Positions 53,357 to 64,000 of a stretch of 64,000 bases of DNA are shown here, one piece after another (the stretch's first letter is position 1; each line of letters opens with the position of its first letter). A model generated the notes under the pieces. It had not been told where the DNA came from. It saw only the letters and a program-made list of their open reading frames with translations, and ran no database searches. Both the position numbers and the translations under genes were made by a program. The DNA is from Callorhinchus milii. Taxonomy: Eukaryota. The stretch covers positions 16,990,001 to 17,054,000 of the forward strand of contig NW_024704743.1 in the NCBI RefSeq assembly GCF_018977255.1. The letters run 5' to 3'.

Positions 53357-56300
53357 ATCTTCTGCTTGTCCAGCTAGAACCATCCATTGCGGTTTTGGTT
53401 CCATGATTAATAGAGTGGGAAAAATCCCTTGTCCCTTCAAAGTCCTGCTGATGATCTAGAATGACTGGTCCAACTTCAACAGTGCTCTGGGCTAATGAAA
53501 ATCTGCCCGGCTCTGGTATCTGAGAAATGAGAGCTCCACATAGAATCAACAATTGCACTATTCCATTGCCAGTGGTACAACCTTGGAACCAGATCAGCCG
53601 CCAAAGACCACCCCGCACCCACCCCACCTCTTAATTCTTTTCATCCCAATCGAGGTAGGTGCCAAGCCGTGGACGTATGAATGGGGTTTCATATCTAGGC
53701 GAGCAAGAGGGGCACAAGAAAATCTTCCCCAAACAGGAGGTGTACTCAAGTCTATAGCAAGAAATATTGAGTACTGAAGAAATTAAGCTTTTTGATGGTT
53801 CTTTAGCACTGGCGATCTGAGAATTACCAAAGCCAGGAATGTTAATAGGTGAAGAAAAATTTAAAGTACAGCCTTTGATTTAGAGCACAACCACCAAAGC
53901 CAGGAAGTGATGCATATGCTAATTAGACATTCAAGAGACATCAAGAAACTTTGAGAAACCAAAAAGAAACAATCACTATCCCAGAGGTGAAGAGTTAAAA
54001 ATTCAAGCAATGTACTGGGAGAGAAATGAAGGCTATACACATTGAGGAAAGGTAGCCTGAAGGAAGCTGATGGATTAAAAGCAGAATCATCAGCAAAACT
54101 GACAAGAGTTGCATTAAGAGTGGAGGGGGTCATCGAAGGAACAAAATGGGAGACAATAGGGCCTTGGGGAACCACTGAATTAATGGAAAGGGTCAGTGAG
54201 TGAACCATCAATTGTAAGCAGCATTGCCAACTGCTGCATTAAACTAGGTTAAACACTGCTCACAAACCGAGTTAAAATTCTTAACTTAATGAGAACATTG
54301 GTCAACATTTCCACTTAAATGTCAGAATATTTATTGTAGATGTCTCCAGAAATTGTAATTGAAACAATTCCGTATTGAGAGGCTAGGTAGACATAGACCA
54401 TGCCACACTTTTCACTGTCAGCTTGTTTTAATTTGTTCCAATGAGAAAGCTACCATCTGGATACGTATTCAAAAACAAAAAGGAAGTCTGCCAACTATCA
54501 AGCAATATTGGTAAAACATTACCAACTTACATCTGTATATGGAACTGATACATCACTGCAGCTTAATGAGTTCACCACTTGAATTTGACAGTACAATACG
54601 GCTAAGATCTTTGAATTTCAATGTAGTTCCAATCGCAGAAAGTAGCTTAGCCAACTAGTAAGTACCAAAAATGTACCTTTGCACTTTAACCCCACATTCC
54701 CTGAATCCCTCAGCACTTCACCTTTTGGAAACTGGAGCCATTTCACAAACACCCATTTAACAACAACCAAAATATTAAATTTTAATTTTTTTTAACAAAA
54801 GCCAAATTTGGTTTAAAAGAAACTTTAAAGGACCTTTATCTTAAAATTATGAATGTTTTGATTGATTTGCTATAGTTCAGTTAATATTGAGATAAAATAA
54901 ATATTGCTCCTGCTATCCAGTTAGTTACTATTTCAAACTTGGACGAGCCGGGCAGATCCAGCTGTCCACAGCAGATCCACACACCTCCAGCTGATCCAAT
55001 TCCCTGGCCAGCACGTGATGCAGTAACATCTGGTTACAGTACCTAACCCATACATGCAGGGAGGAGAGAACAGCTGGAATCACTCATTTCTCATAAAAAA
55101 TAAAATGTAAAGAAACTGCACCTTCAGAACAACAAATGCTAAATTCAGAGTCTTTAACAACACAAATAGAAAAACTGCTGAAGTGAAGCCCAGGTCCTGA
55201 CAAAGAGGTGTACATCACCACAAATCTAAACTCTAACCAATTTTAAAACATTGCAATTCAATACATACAACATTCTACACATATTTGTAAAAATGTAATA
55301 TTCAAAGTGGATGCAATACCTAAAGTTAAGAGCTAAAAAACTACCAATTATATTGCATATTTACATAGGATGAATGTCTCAAAATACTCCACAAGGACAA
55401 CAGAGATTAACAAGCAGAGGGGAAAGGTTAAATTTGAGGGTATCAAAAAGTCAGGGTCAAAGAGAGACATTTTAAGAGGGATTTAAAGGCAGGGGTAGAA
55501 GATGCTAGGTGAAGGGATTTTGGAAGAGTTGCAGGCTGAAGGCTCACCCACCAATAGTCAAGAGGGGGGAAGAGCATGGGCAGGAGAAGTTGCCCAACCA
55601 AAGTCAGAAAGCAAACAACTGGCTAGAGACAGAAAACATTCTGCTGGCATTCAGAATTTTTAAAAAGTGAATTTGATATCAAATCGTTCATTTGCAAACT
55701 GGAAACAATCATTAGTGTCTACAAATGCAAACCCTCTCCAACCCTCTGTTTCTACAAGCAGAACCATCATCGTGCCTTCTCCACTCACCCACTCAAAACT
55801 AAACTGCCTTAAAAAATTTAAACAACATATCCCATATTAGCCTCATTTCCATCTCTGATAAAACATTGGAGATGCTCAAGTCTATCCAAGGAAATGATGT
55901 ACGTAAACAGACACTGACTTATTTCTCTACACATATCAATCTACTTATTTCCTGCTAGTAGTTTAACTCCCTCTCGCTTATATAAATATAATATGTATAT
56001 TTTTATTCCAGCCTCTCGGTTAAAAGTTCTCTTCTCAACTCCTTTCACCCATTTTACAAATTATGACTATTCCATATCCTTCTTGACACTTTTCTCCTAC
56101 ATTCTGGCAACTTCTTTTACCTCTCACAAACTACACAAATTTCCCCATGACTTTCCTGCACAACATTTAAACTAGAGCTGAGTTCGCACGCACAGATAGT
56201 AAATAGAATAAGACACAACACAACTAGGCACAATGTGCAAACAAAGTATACTTGAGTAATTTAATTATCCCCCCATTCAACAGCTAATCATCTTTCAGAT

Positions 56301-57604
56301 TTGCCTCCATTACAACAGTCATTTGAGTTCTAATTAATTCCATTCTGTAACGCACATTTGTGATATTTATTTTAATTGAAAGACACCTTTGAAGTGTGTT
56401 GTTAAAAGTCAAATGAATCAACTGCCCACAAAACTTGGGTTGTGCAGTTCACCAAATACAAACCCATTTGTTTCCTCTAGTTTGACAAGATATATTGAGT
56501 CTCATCACAACCATATGTTAGTGTGGTATATTGCCAAAGGACAACTGGTTAATCCAGGGTACATGTGTAAAAAAAAAATCAAGCCCCTCTGAACTATTCA
56601 TGCTGCACACAGGCTCAAATCTCTCATGTGTCAGTTATGCATCTCAAATACATATTTTGGATGGGTAGACATGTGCTAAAAAGACTAGCAATCAACAGCC
56701 TTTCATAGTTACACTTTTATGATAAAACTAACTCATCCGCTCAAGACATTATTGTACATTCAAATATCCCCATCCAACAAGCCAAAGATGTAATTATATC
56801 TAGTATTTTACAAAGTGCTTTGAAGGAAGTAATCATTTGTTTAAATAAAAATTCTGCAAGAGCAGCCACTATAATAAGATGTCAAGACCTTTCAGTACAT
56901 ACTGACATCAAAGTCTCCCTACGAAAGTGCAGATTCAAAAGCAATGCTAAACACGTTAAACATCAACCAACAATGTAGAATTAAATCCAGCTTGCGTAAA
57001 CTGCACTGTCACTAGTAATCTATTCTGGCACTGCTCAGTAAGGCTTTCCTCATCAATCCTACAAGTCTTTGCTATCCAATGGCATGTTTACTTGTATACC
57101 AGGAGAAAACAGGTTACAAACTGAAATAGCACAAAGCAATTGTAAGCTGCATTATTCTAGGACTTAAAGCAGCGTATGACAATTCAGCAATTGTGCCTTC
57201 AGCATTCTAGTCACCTTTGCTACCGGTTTATTGATGATATGGATTAAACCACCGCTTCTCACTAATTGCTCAATTTAAAGAAAAGGTCCTGTGCATTTCA
57301 AAGTAATACATACTCCTTTAGGTCAAATCCCAGTGCTGATCCATAACAACCTTTCAGTCTCATAAGATGCACTACCGCACAAGGGGTCATGCGACCAGGC
57401 CTACACTTCCTGAATGTAAAGATGTGCATCTAATCAAAGAGTACTCTCTCTCCTCCTAGTTCTTCAACAAAGGCTGACACCATGAATGATTTACTCAGGG
57501 TTACCAAAAATGTTTTTATCTATAATGGAGATATATCAATATCCCTCGAAACACTACACTCAATTGCCAGCTATCACTAACTGAAGCTCCATCTCCAACT
57601 TACC

Positions 57605-58003
57605 CTACCTCATTTCAATAATCTCAGAGCACAACAGCTCACCCCGTCCCCCTCCCCCTTGTCTGCAGCAATTGTCCCCCACTTTGTTTTGCATTATTAA
57701 CAGTTTCCTTCTGTTTTGATGCAAATCCCCCCCCATCCTTGTTTTGCTTCATTAACACCTCTTTAACCCATCATCCCCTGCCCTCTACCCCATTTTCTCC
57801 TTCGTTTTCCTTGCCCTGCCTCCCCACTCCCCGTTAGTCTTAAAAGCCTCTCCCTCCCAACATGCTCCGGTTCTGACGAAGGGTCGTGGACCTGAACCGG
57901 TGACTCACTTTCCTTTCTCTATAGATGCTGCCCGACCTGCTGAGTGTTTCCAGCGACTTCTGTTATTGTTTCAGATTTCCAGCATCTATAGTATTTTGCA
58001 TTT
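57605..58003 (+). mobile_element. Penelope-like element 3'UTR/terminus
   Basis: Pyrimidine-rich tract followed by ctgacgaagggtcgtggacctgaac...gatgctgcccgacctgctgagtgtttccagc...cagatttccagcatct. Resembles a terminus I recall as common in chondrichthyan genomes. Confidence 0.62.
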
Positions 58004-58899
58004 TGTCTACCTATCCAAAGTCCTTCACCCCGTTCAAACCCATCCAGCCTGGTTTCCATCCTGTCCACAGCACTGAGACAGCCCTTAGCCTCAAAGCTAC
58101 TAATGATGTTCTCTCTCTCTCTCTCTCTCTGCGTAGGGCTTCCTATGCCTCTTTGATATCTCTGCTGCTTTTGACATTGTGGACCATTCCACCCTACTTG
58201 ATCTTCCTTCCCTTATCCGCCTCTGTCAGACCTCTGTTCTCCTGGCTCCAGCCTCCACTTTGCCTCCAAACTGCAAATACGTTTATTTATAGTGATTGAA
58301 TTTACGTAGGTAACTGTTAAAGTAACTTCCATATGACCCTTTTCATAGGAGAAACCCCTCAAAAGCATTTTACAAAATAAAATTCTGTTACGTAGACAAA
58401 CGAGGCAGCTAATCTGCGCCTGCACCATCACATAAACACCAATGTAGACAGTTTGAATTGAGGGTCAAGTTGAATTGAGGGATTATAAACCAGGAAAACT
58501 GCAAGAAAGCCTCCAGGTTTTGGACTATTACCACTATATTTTTTTCTAAAAAAACAGTGGTGGACTGCAAACTTGCAAAACTACTTCCTTGGGAGCTGTT
58601 TAGCATCAGGAAAAGCAACAGTTTGGTTCTTTTTACACTACACTGGCAACTGGATTTAACGTCCTCCGCACAGAGCTGCAGCTTCACGAAGTCTCTCTCC
58701 TGAACGCGGCTCCGTGGATAAAAGGTTCCACTTCGTGAGGCTGTTTAACCTCACATTCCTCAGACAAAAGCCCGGGCCCCGCACTGCCCTTTGTTACTGC
58801 CCATCGCCCGCTCCCCCCCCCCCGAGCAACAGCGGCCAACAGGCGAAGCTTCAGCCTGGCCTGGGCCGCGGGGTCATCCCGTCAGGGAGACGGCAAAAG

Positions 58900-59461
58900 G
58901 GGAGTGGGAGTGATGGCCGAGGGGGAGTGGGGGGGAGTGGGAGTGATGGCCGAGGGGGAGTGGGGGGGAGTGGGAGTGATGGCCGAGGGGGAGTGGGGGG
59001 GAGTGGGAGTGATGGCCGAGGGGGAGTGGGGGGAGTGGGAGTGATGGCCGAGGGGGAGTGGGGGTGGGAGTGATGGCCGAGGAGTGGGGGGGAGTGGGAG
59101 TGATGGGGGGGAGGGGGGAGTGGGAGTGATGGCCGAGGGGGGGGAGTGATGGCCGAGGGGGAGGGGGGGAGTGATGGCCGAGGGGAGGGGGGGGGGGGGG
59201 GGGGGGGGAGTGATGGCCGAGGGGAGGGGGGGGGGGGGGGGGGGGGGAGTGATGGCCGAGGGGGAGGGGGGGGGAGTGATGGCCGAGGGGAGGGGGGGTG
59301 ATGGGAGGAGGGGGGGAGTGATGGCCGAGGAGGGGGGGGAGTGATGGCCGAGGGGGGGGGGGGGGGGGGGGGTGATGGCGGGGGGAGGGGGGAGTGATGG
59401 CCGAGGGGGAGGGGGGGAGTGATGGCCGAGGGGGAGGGGGGGGAGTGATGGCCGAGGGGGA
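58900..59461 (+). repeat. G-rich minisatellite (core GGGAGTGATGGCCGAGGGGG)
   Basis: About 20 copies of gtgatgg(cc). The first units are near-perfect 33-mers, later units have variable G runs. Confidence 0.9.
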
Positions 59462-59484
59462 GGAGACAGTCGGGGGCTGGAGGA

Positions 59485-59508
59485 GTGTGTGTGTGTGTGT
59501 GTGTGTGT
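59485..59508 (+). repeat. (GT)n microsatellite
   Basis: gtgtgt... run read directly. Confidence 0.9.
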
Positions 59509-59754
59509 GAGGAGAGGCAGAGTGGGGGCCGGAGTGGGGGGGGGGGAGGTTCCTGACTCAAGAGCCTCCCAAGAGGCAGCAACAGTCCGGGGGCCACCGC
59601 CAGGCAGCGAGTGGTGGGGCCGCCGCCCGCGCCCTCACTTACCGCGTTCCCCCCTCCACTCCTCCCTTAACCCGAGCCTCTCCCCCACCGCCCCCTGTGC
59701 CCTCTCTCTCACCGGGTCTTCCTCTCCCCCCGCACCCCCTTCTCTCTCTCCCTC

Positions 59755-60310
59755 CTGCCCCCCCCCGCTCTCCCCCCCGGGCGGCCCCGCCCCCCCCCCC
59801 CCCGGCGGCCCCCGCTCCCCCCCCCCCGCCCCCCCTCTCCCCCCCCCCCCCCTCCCCCCGGCGGCCCCGCTCCCCCCCCGGCCCCCGCTCCCCCGGGCGG
59901 CCCCGCTCCCCCCCCCCCGGGCGGCCCCCGCTCTCCCCCCGCCCCCCCGGGCGGCCCCCGCTCCCCCCCCCCCGGGCGGCCCCGCTCCCCCCCCCCCCGG
60001 CGGCCCCCGCTCCCCCCCGGGCGGCCCCCCCCCCCGCCCCCGCTCCCCCCCCCGGGCCGCCCCCGCTCCCCCCCCGGGCGCCCCCCCCCCCCGGGCCCCC
60101 GCTCTCCCCCCCCCCCGGGCGGCCCCCGCTCCCCCCCCCGGCCCCCCGCTCCCCCCCCGGGCGGCCCCCGCTCCCCCCCCCGGGCCCCCCCCCCCGGGCG
60201 GCCCCCGCTCCCCCCCCCCCGGGCGGCCCCCGCTCCCCCCCCCCGGGCGGCCCCCCGCTCCCCCCCCCCCCCGGGCGGCCCCCGCTCCCCCCCCCCGGGC
60301 GGCCCCCGCT
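59755..60310 (+). repeat. C-rich minisatellite (core CCCCGGGCGGCCCCCGCTCCCC)
   Basis: Roughly 20 copies of ggcggcccc(c)gct separated by variable C runs. Confidence 0.9.
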
Positions 60311-60475
60311 CTCCTGCTCTCGCTGTGAACAATGAGCTCCTCTCGCCGCTGCTCCTCGCCATGTTTTGAAGCGGCTCCAGTTGTCGGCAAACAACAAAAC
60401 AAGCGGCGAGGAGTGGGCTCTGAGGCTCCGGGTCTCCCCTCTCCTTCTCCCCCTCACAGGGTCCCTCTCACTCAC

Positions 60476-60551
60476 CCAGAACATGAAGCGGCGCGATCAC
60501 CACGAGCAGCGAGGCCAGCACCAGCCTCGCGGGTCTCCGCTCTCCAGCCAT
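60476..60551 (-). CDS. TGFBR1: TGF-beta receptor type I (ALK5) exon 1, signal peptide
   Basis: gcgATGg Kozak context inside a CpG island. Reads MAGERRPARLVLASLLVVIAPLHVL-G with a hydrophobic signal peptide. |gtgagt donor in phase 1, compatible with exon 2. Confidence 0.88.
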
Positions 60552-60630
60552 CGCCACCCACACAGCTGCCACAGTCCGTCCGAGTCCGCGCCTGGGCTGC
60601 CGCGCACCGCCACCGCATGAGACACAACAG

Positions 60631-60890
60631 CCCATTGGCTGAAGTCTCCCCGCTGCCGCCGCGCGAGAGGCGAGCTTCCATTGGCTAAAGTCTTCCCCGC
60701 CTCCATTGCAACACGAGACGCGAGCTCTCATTGGCTGAATCGTTCCCTCCCCGCCCCGCCCACTGTCAACGCCGCATGGGGACACGAGCTTTCATTGGCT
60801 AAGTCGTTCCCATCACTGTCAACGCCGCACGAGATGCGAGTTCCTATTGGCTGAATCCTCACCACTTGGACACTTGATCCCATTGGCTGA
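60631..60890 (-). promoter_or_regulatory. Array of six CCAAT (NF-Y-type) boxes upstream of the TGFBR1 ATG
   Basis: ATTGGCT on + strand (AGCCAAT on -) starting at 60634, 60680, 60730, 60794, 60846 and 60882. Confidence 0.75.
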
Positions 60891-61164
60891 TGTCCCCACC
60901 GCCCCATGAGACCTGCGCCCCTCTTGTTGGGGTCAGGGTGGTCCCTCCATCATTAACTGTGGACCTCTCTGACGCTGCAGTACAACAACAACAACAACAA
61001 CAACAAATATTTGTATGGTGCCTTTCACCTTCAGGAGAACGTCTCAAGCCGTTGACCGCCGCCAAAAGCGCCACAGAGGCCTCGACTCGATTCCGAATTT
61101 TTAAAAATATTTATTGATTGACTGAATTAGATATTTACACCGAAGTCAAAGAAAGGATTCCCGT

Positions 61165-61745
61165 AACAACAACAACAGCAACAACAAGATTCCATTTATA
61201 AAGCGCCTTTCACGTCAGGAGGACGTCCCAAGGCGCTGCACAGTTGGGTCATGACCCGAGCAGGGGGGAAATGGTCAGGGTGAGGGGAGGGAAGGGAGGG
61301 AGCGAGGAGGGGGGAAATGGTGAGGGGAGGGAAGGGAGGGAGCGAGGAGGGGGAAATGGTCAGGGTGAGGGGAGGGAAGGGAGGGAGCGAGGAGGGGGAA
61401 GAGAGTCGAGAGGGGAGCTGAAGGCTCGGTCAAAGAGAACAGCGCATTATTATCCGTTACAGGACTCGACAGACCCGGCCGTTGTGACGGGGGCTGCCTT
61501 TGCACACTCCACTTTAGACAGCCTCTCTGCCCCCACCCTCTGGAACTCCATATTCCCTTCACCTCGTTCCCTCCTTTAAGGCACGCCTCAAGACCCTCCT
61601 CTTCGACCGTGCCTTCGGCCACCTTCCCTCTCTGCCCTCCATCCTCCCTCCTGATTCCACCCCCCGCTAGGGTCCTAATCCCTGACTGTTCAGCGCCTTG
61701 GGAAGTCCTCCTGAAAGGCGCTTCACAAATGTAATTTCGTATTGT
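61165..61745. mobile_element. Oppositely oriented pair of L2 3'-end fragments upstream of the TGFBR1 promoter
   Basis: A minus-strand tail (caacaacaac...cgcctttcacgtcaggaggacgtccc) with an internal triplicated purine-rich unit, then a plus-strand fragment with APTLWNS and its tail. Confidence 0.7.
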
Positions 61746-62497
61746 AGTGGAGGGACCAAGGCTTCCCCGCCTTGGGGCTCTGGCACCCTTTGCAGGCCAC
61801 GGTTACAAGGTGGATCTTGTACCCCCTCCCTGTCACCCTCCTCCTTTACAGGGAGTGCGCACAAATTAATAAAATACAACCACAACAACAATTACATTTG
61901 TATAGCATCTTCCACATCCAGAAAATGTCCTAAGGCGCTGTGATGTACAAACATTTTTGGGACGCTCCCTCTTAGATACAGTCGGGAACACCCCTGTTCC
62001 CGACTCTATCTAAAGTGTGCATACAAGTATGCGCGCCAAAACAGTTCTTGCCGATTACGGCTGGCACAATAAACATTGATCACAGTGTGCACCACGCAGA
62101 TGTTTACCAACAAAACACGTAAAGACATCGCAACAGAATCTATGCAAGATACAATAAATACATTGTGACGGGAGTGTTCTCTGCACCTCCATTGAAATGG
62201 GGGTACCGAGGCATCCCTGCCTGAGTTCTGCTGCCTTTATCGACTCAGTTCATGATATTCTACTTCCAAACACGTACGTCATCTTGGAGCCAACTCAGCC
62301 CCAAAGAGACTAAGGGTATCAGGAGCTACTCGACACCCGACTTTTGGTGAGCAGCACAACTCAGCATGAAACGTGTGAGGCCACAACGCTCCTGCCCTTA
62401 GCCCAGATTGGTTTATCAAAGTTCCTGACAAATTATAATCTAACATTTTTAAAATAACATTTACAACCAATTTTATTTTTAGCAAATAGTGTCATAG

Positions 62498-62930
62498 GTG
62501 TCAGCCTGTCTTAGTTGGCAGCACACTCGCCTCTTGTCAGAAGGTTCTGGGTTCAAGCCCCTATCTCAGGTCCCTGAACTCGCAATCTAGGCTGACACAA
62601 CAAAAACAGTGCCGGGAAAGCCCTACATTGTTGGAGGTGCAGCCCTTTGGATGAAATATTAAACCCAGGTACCCTCTGCCTGTTCTGAGAGCAATTAAAG
62701 ATCCCAGAGCACTATTCAAAAAGGGAAAATGAAAAAGGAGTTTCTCCTGGTGTCCTGGCCAAGGATCCACCAGAAAAGTTGATCGACCACTTCATGTTTG
62801 TGGGTCATTTTAGTGTGCAAATTAGCTTCCGTGTTAACTTACAAAATTCACTCACTACACCTAACAGAAAATGTATGAAGTGCTTTGAGATGTTCTAAAC
62901 ATTATATATCAAGAGCAAGGATTGTTATCT
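62498..62930 (+). mobile_element. DeuSINE, near full length
   Basis: tRNA head (gggttcaagccc B box), ttaaagatcccagagcactattc...ggtgtcctggccaa core and tail. Confidence 0.72.
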
Positions 62931-64000
62931 ATTATGCAGTAGGTTAGCATATTGCAATTTCACCTCCGTGACTGGATATGTTTTGAATCAAGACTAGTAT
63001 GAAAGTCTCCCCATTCTACTGTTACAGGAATCAACAACAACAAATTGGGAGGATGTCTCAAGGTGGTGGACAGTTAACGCTTGCTCGTGGTGGGGGTGGT
63101 GGGCGGTGGAGCCTGACCAAAGATGCAGTCAAAGAAGAAGGTCCTGAGACAGATCTTGAAGGAGGTTAAGGAAGCATTTGGCAAAGGGACTCCACAATGG
63201 AGTTCCAAAGAGTGAGGGCATTTAGATTGCAAGTGGGGCAAGGGAGCAGAGAGAGCGGACCGGTGGTAGGGTTTAAGAAGGTCACAGACAAGACAATGGA
63301 AGGAAGTGAGGATGAAGATCAATCCCCTGGGATTCATTCCTCCAGGGAGAGAGTGGGCACTCCGTTCCAATAAATATCTCAGAATTTTCACATGTAGGTG
63401 GAATGCATAGAACTCTTAGATTGGTTTGAATACTCTTAAACACAGTAATGGGTTTCCACATATATCAAATATTTGGGCCAAGTTAGCAAGTGACCTGCAA
63501 GTGTTTGTACCTACAGGGACATCTTAACATCATCGTAACGTTTTTCAAGACTTTTGCACACACACAAACTATTGGTGGTGTCCGCGAGCCAAACAGGGGT
63601 ATCGGAATCATAGTAAGCCCTCAAGTGAAGACTCCCCTTAATAATGTTTGGTAACATTAGCAAAGATAAGCCCCCCAAAAATAGAGTGGTTTGCTTCAGC
63701 ATGAACATCTTGATGCCATTGCGATACTTACAGAATAACACCAACATCATTGTTCCAGATGGTATCTGGAGGTCATGTAAAAGCACTGACTCCATTTTCA
63801 TGCCGAAATTCAGGGCTCTACAACTACAATGTAAAACAGTATTAATTGCCTCATCTCATTACGAGGTCCAGCAGAGGGGGTATTGCTTTAGATGTATATG
63901 GTGACAGTGATGAAAATAACCCTCTCCATGATCAAAAAAAGATAGAGTTGCTTTAGTAATGATTGAGCTTAGTCAGTTCACCATATGCAGCTCTATACCA

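Larger units (their letters stand above)
58700..60910. promoter_or_regulatory. CpG island spanning the TGFBR1 promoter, exon 1 and the start of intron 1
   Basis: Very GC- and CpG-rich compared with the CpG-depleted remainder of the window. GC box ccccgccccgccc near 60749-60761. Confidence 0.85.

Noticed and set aside
58714..60484. Long Pro-, Gly- and Arg-rich ORFs (up to 281 aa) in several frames
   Set aside because: They arise from stop-free G/C minisatellites and are open on both strands, with no credible domain or splice context.
60552..60785. In-frame N-terminal extension of TGFBR1 (MSPCG..., MRAR..., MGCC...)
   Set aside because: The upstream in-frame ATGs fall in the CCAAT boxes (ccaATG), probably upstream of the TSS. 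The ATG at 60551 has good Kozak context and gives a normal signal peptide.
60625..60895. CRISPR-like repeat/spacer appearance of the repeated cattggct motif
   Set aside because: Vertebrate DNA, a short degenerate motif, inter-motif sequences related to each other, and no cas genes.
63511..63904. Overlapping 96 aa and 86 aa ORFs with splice-like signals at the window end
   Set aside because: No recognisable homology (not ALG2- or SEC61B-like as far as I can tell). Cannot be supported without a search.

Overview
Eukaryotic genomic DNA, most likely from a cartilaginous fish (judged from the repeat content: CR1 and L2 LINEs, DeuSINE/SacSINE1-like and CORE-like tRNA SINEs, Penelope termini). It holds two spliced genes arranged tail-to-tail. 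On the + strand are the last three coding exons of COL15A1 (endostatin/restin domain, stop at 1787-1789). On the - strand is a complete 9-exon TGFBR1 (ALK5) gene: ATG at 60551, TAG at 16518-16520, 496 or 499 aa depending on the exon-3 acceptor, a ~3.8 kb repeat-free 3'UTR and a CpG-island promoter. The rest is intronic and intergenic sequence rich in decayed, often nested, retroposons. I found no new multi-gene system. The most notable observations are: TGFBR1 inverted relative to the human arrangement; an array of six CCAAT boxes built from a degenerate tandem repeat; two related G/C-rich minisatellites in inverted orientation in intron 1; tandem in-frame exon-3 acceptors; let-7 and miR-142 seed sites in the 3'UTR; Penelope-type hammerhead-ribozyme relics; LF-SINE-like fragments; and a ~600 bp repeat I could not classify, present in at least 7 copies. 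Repeat boundaries are approximate, and family names and human comparisons come from recalled sequences, not from searches.
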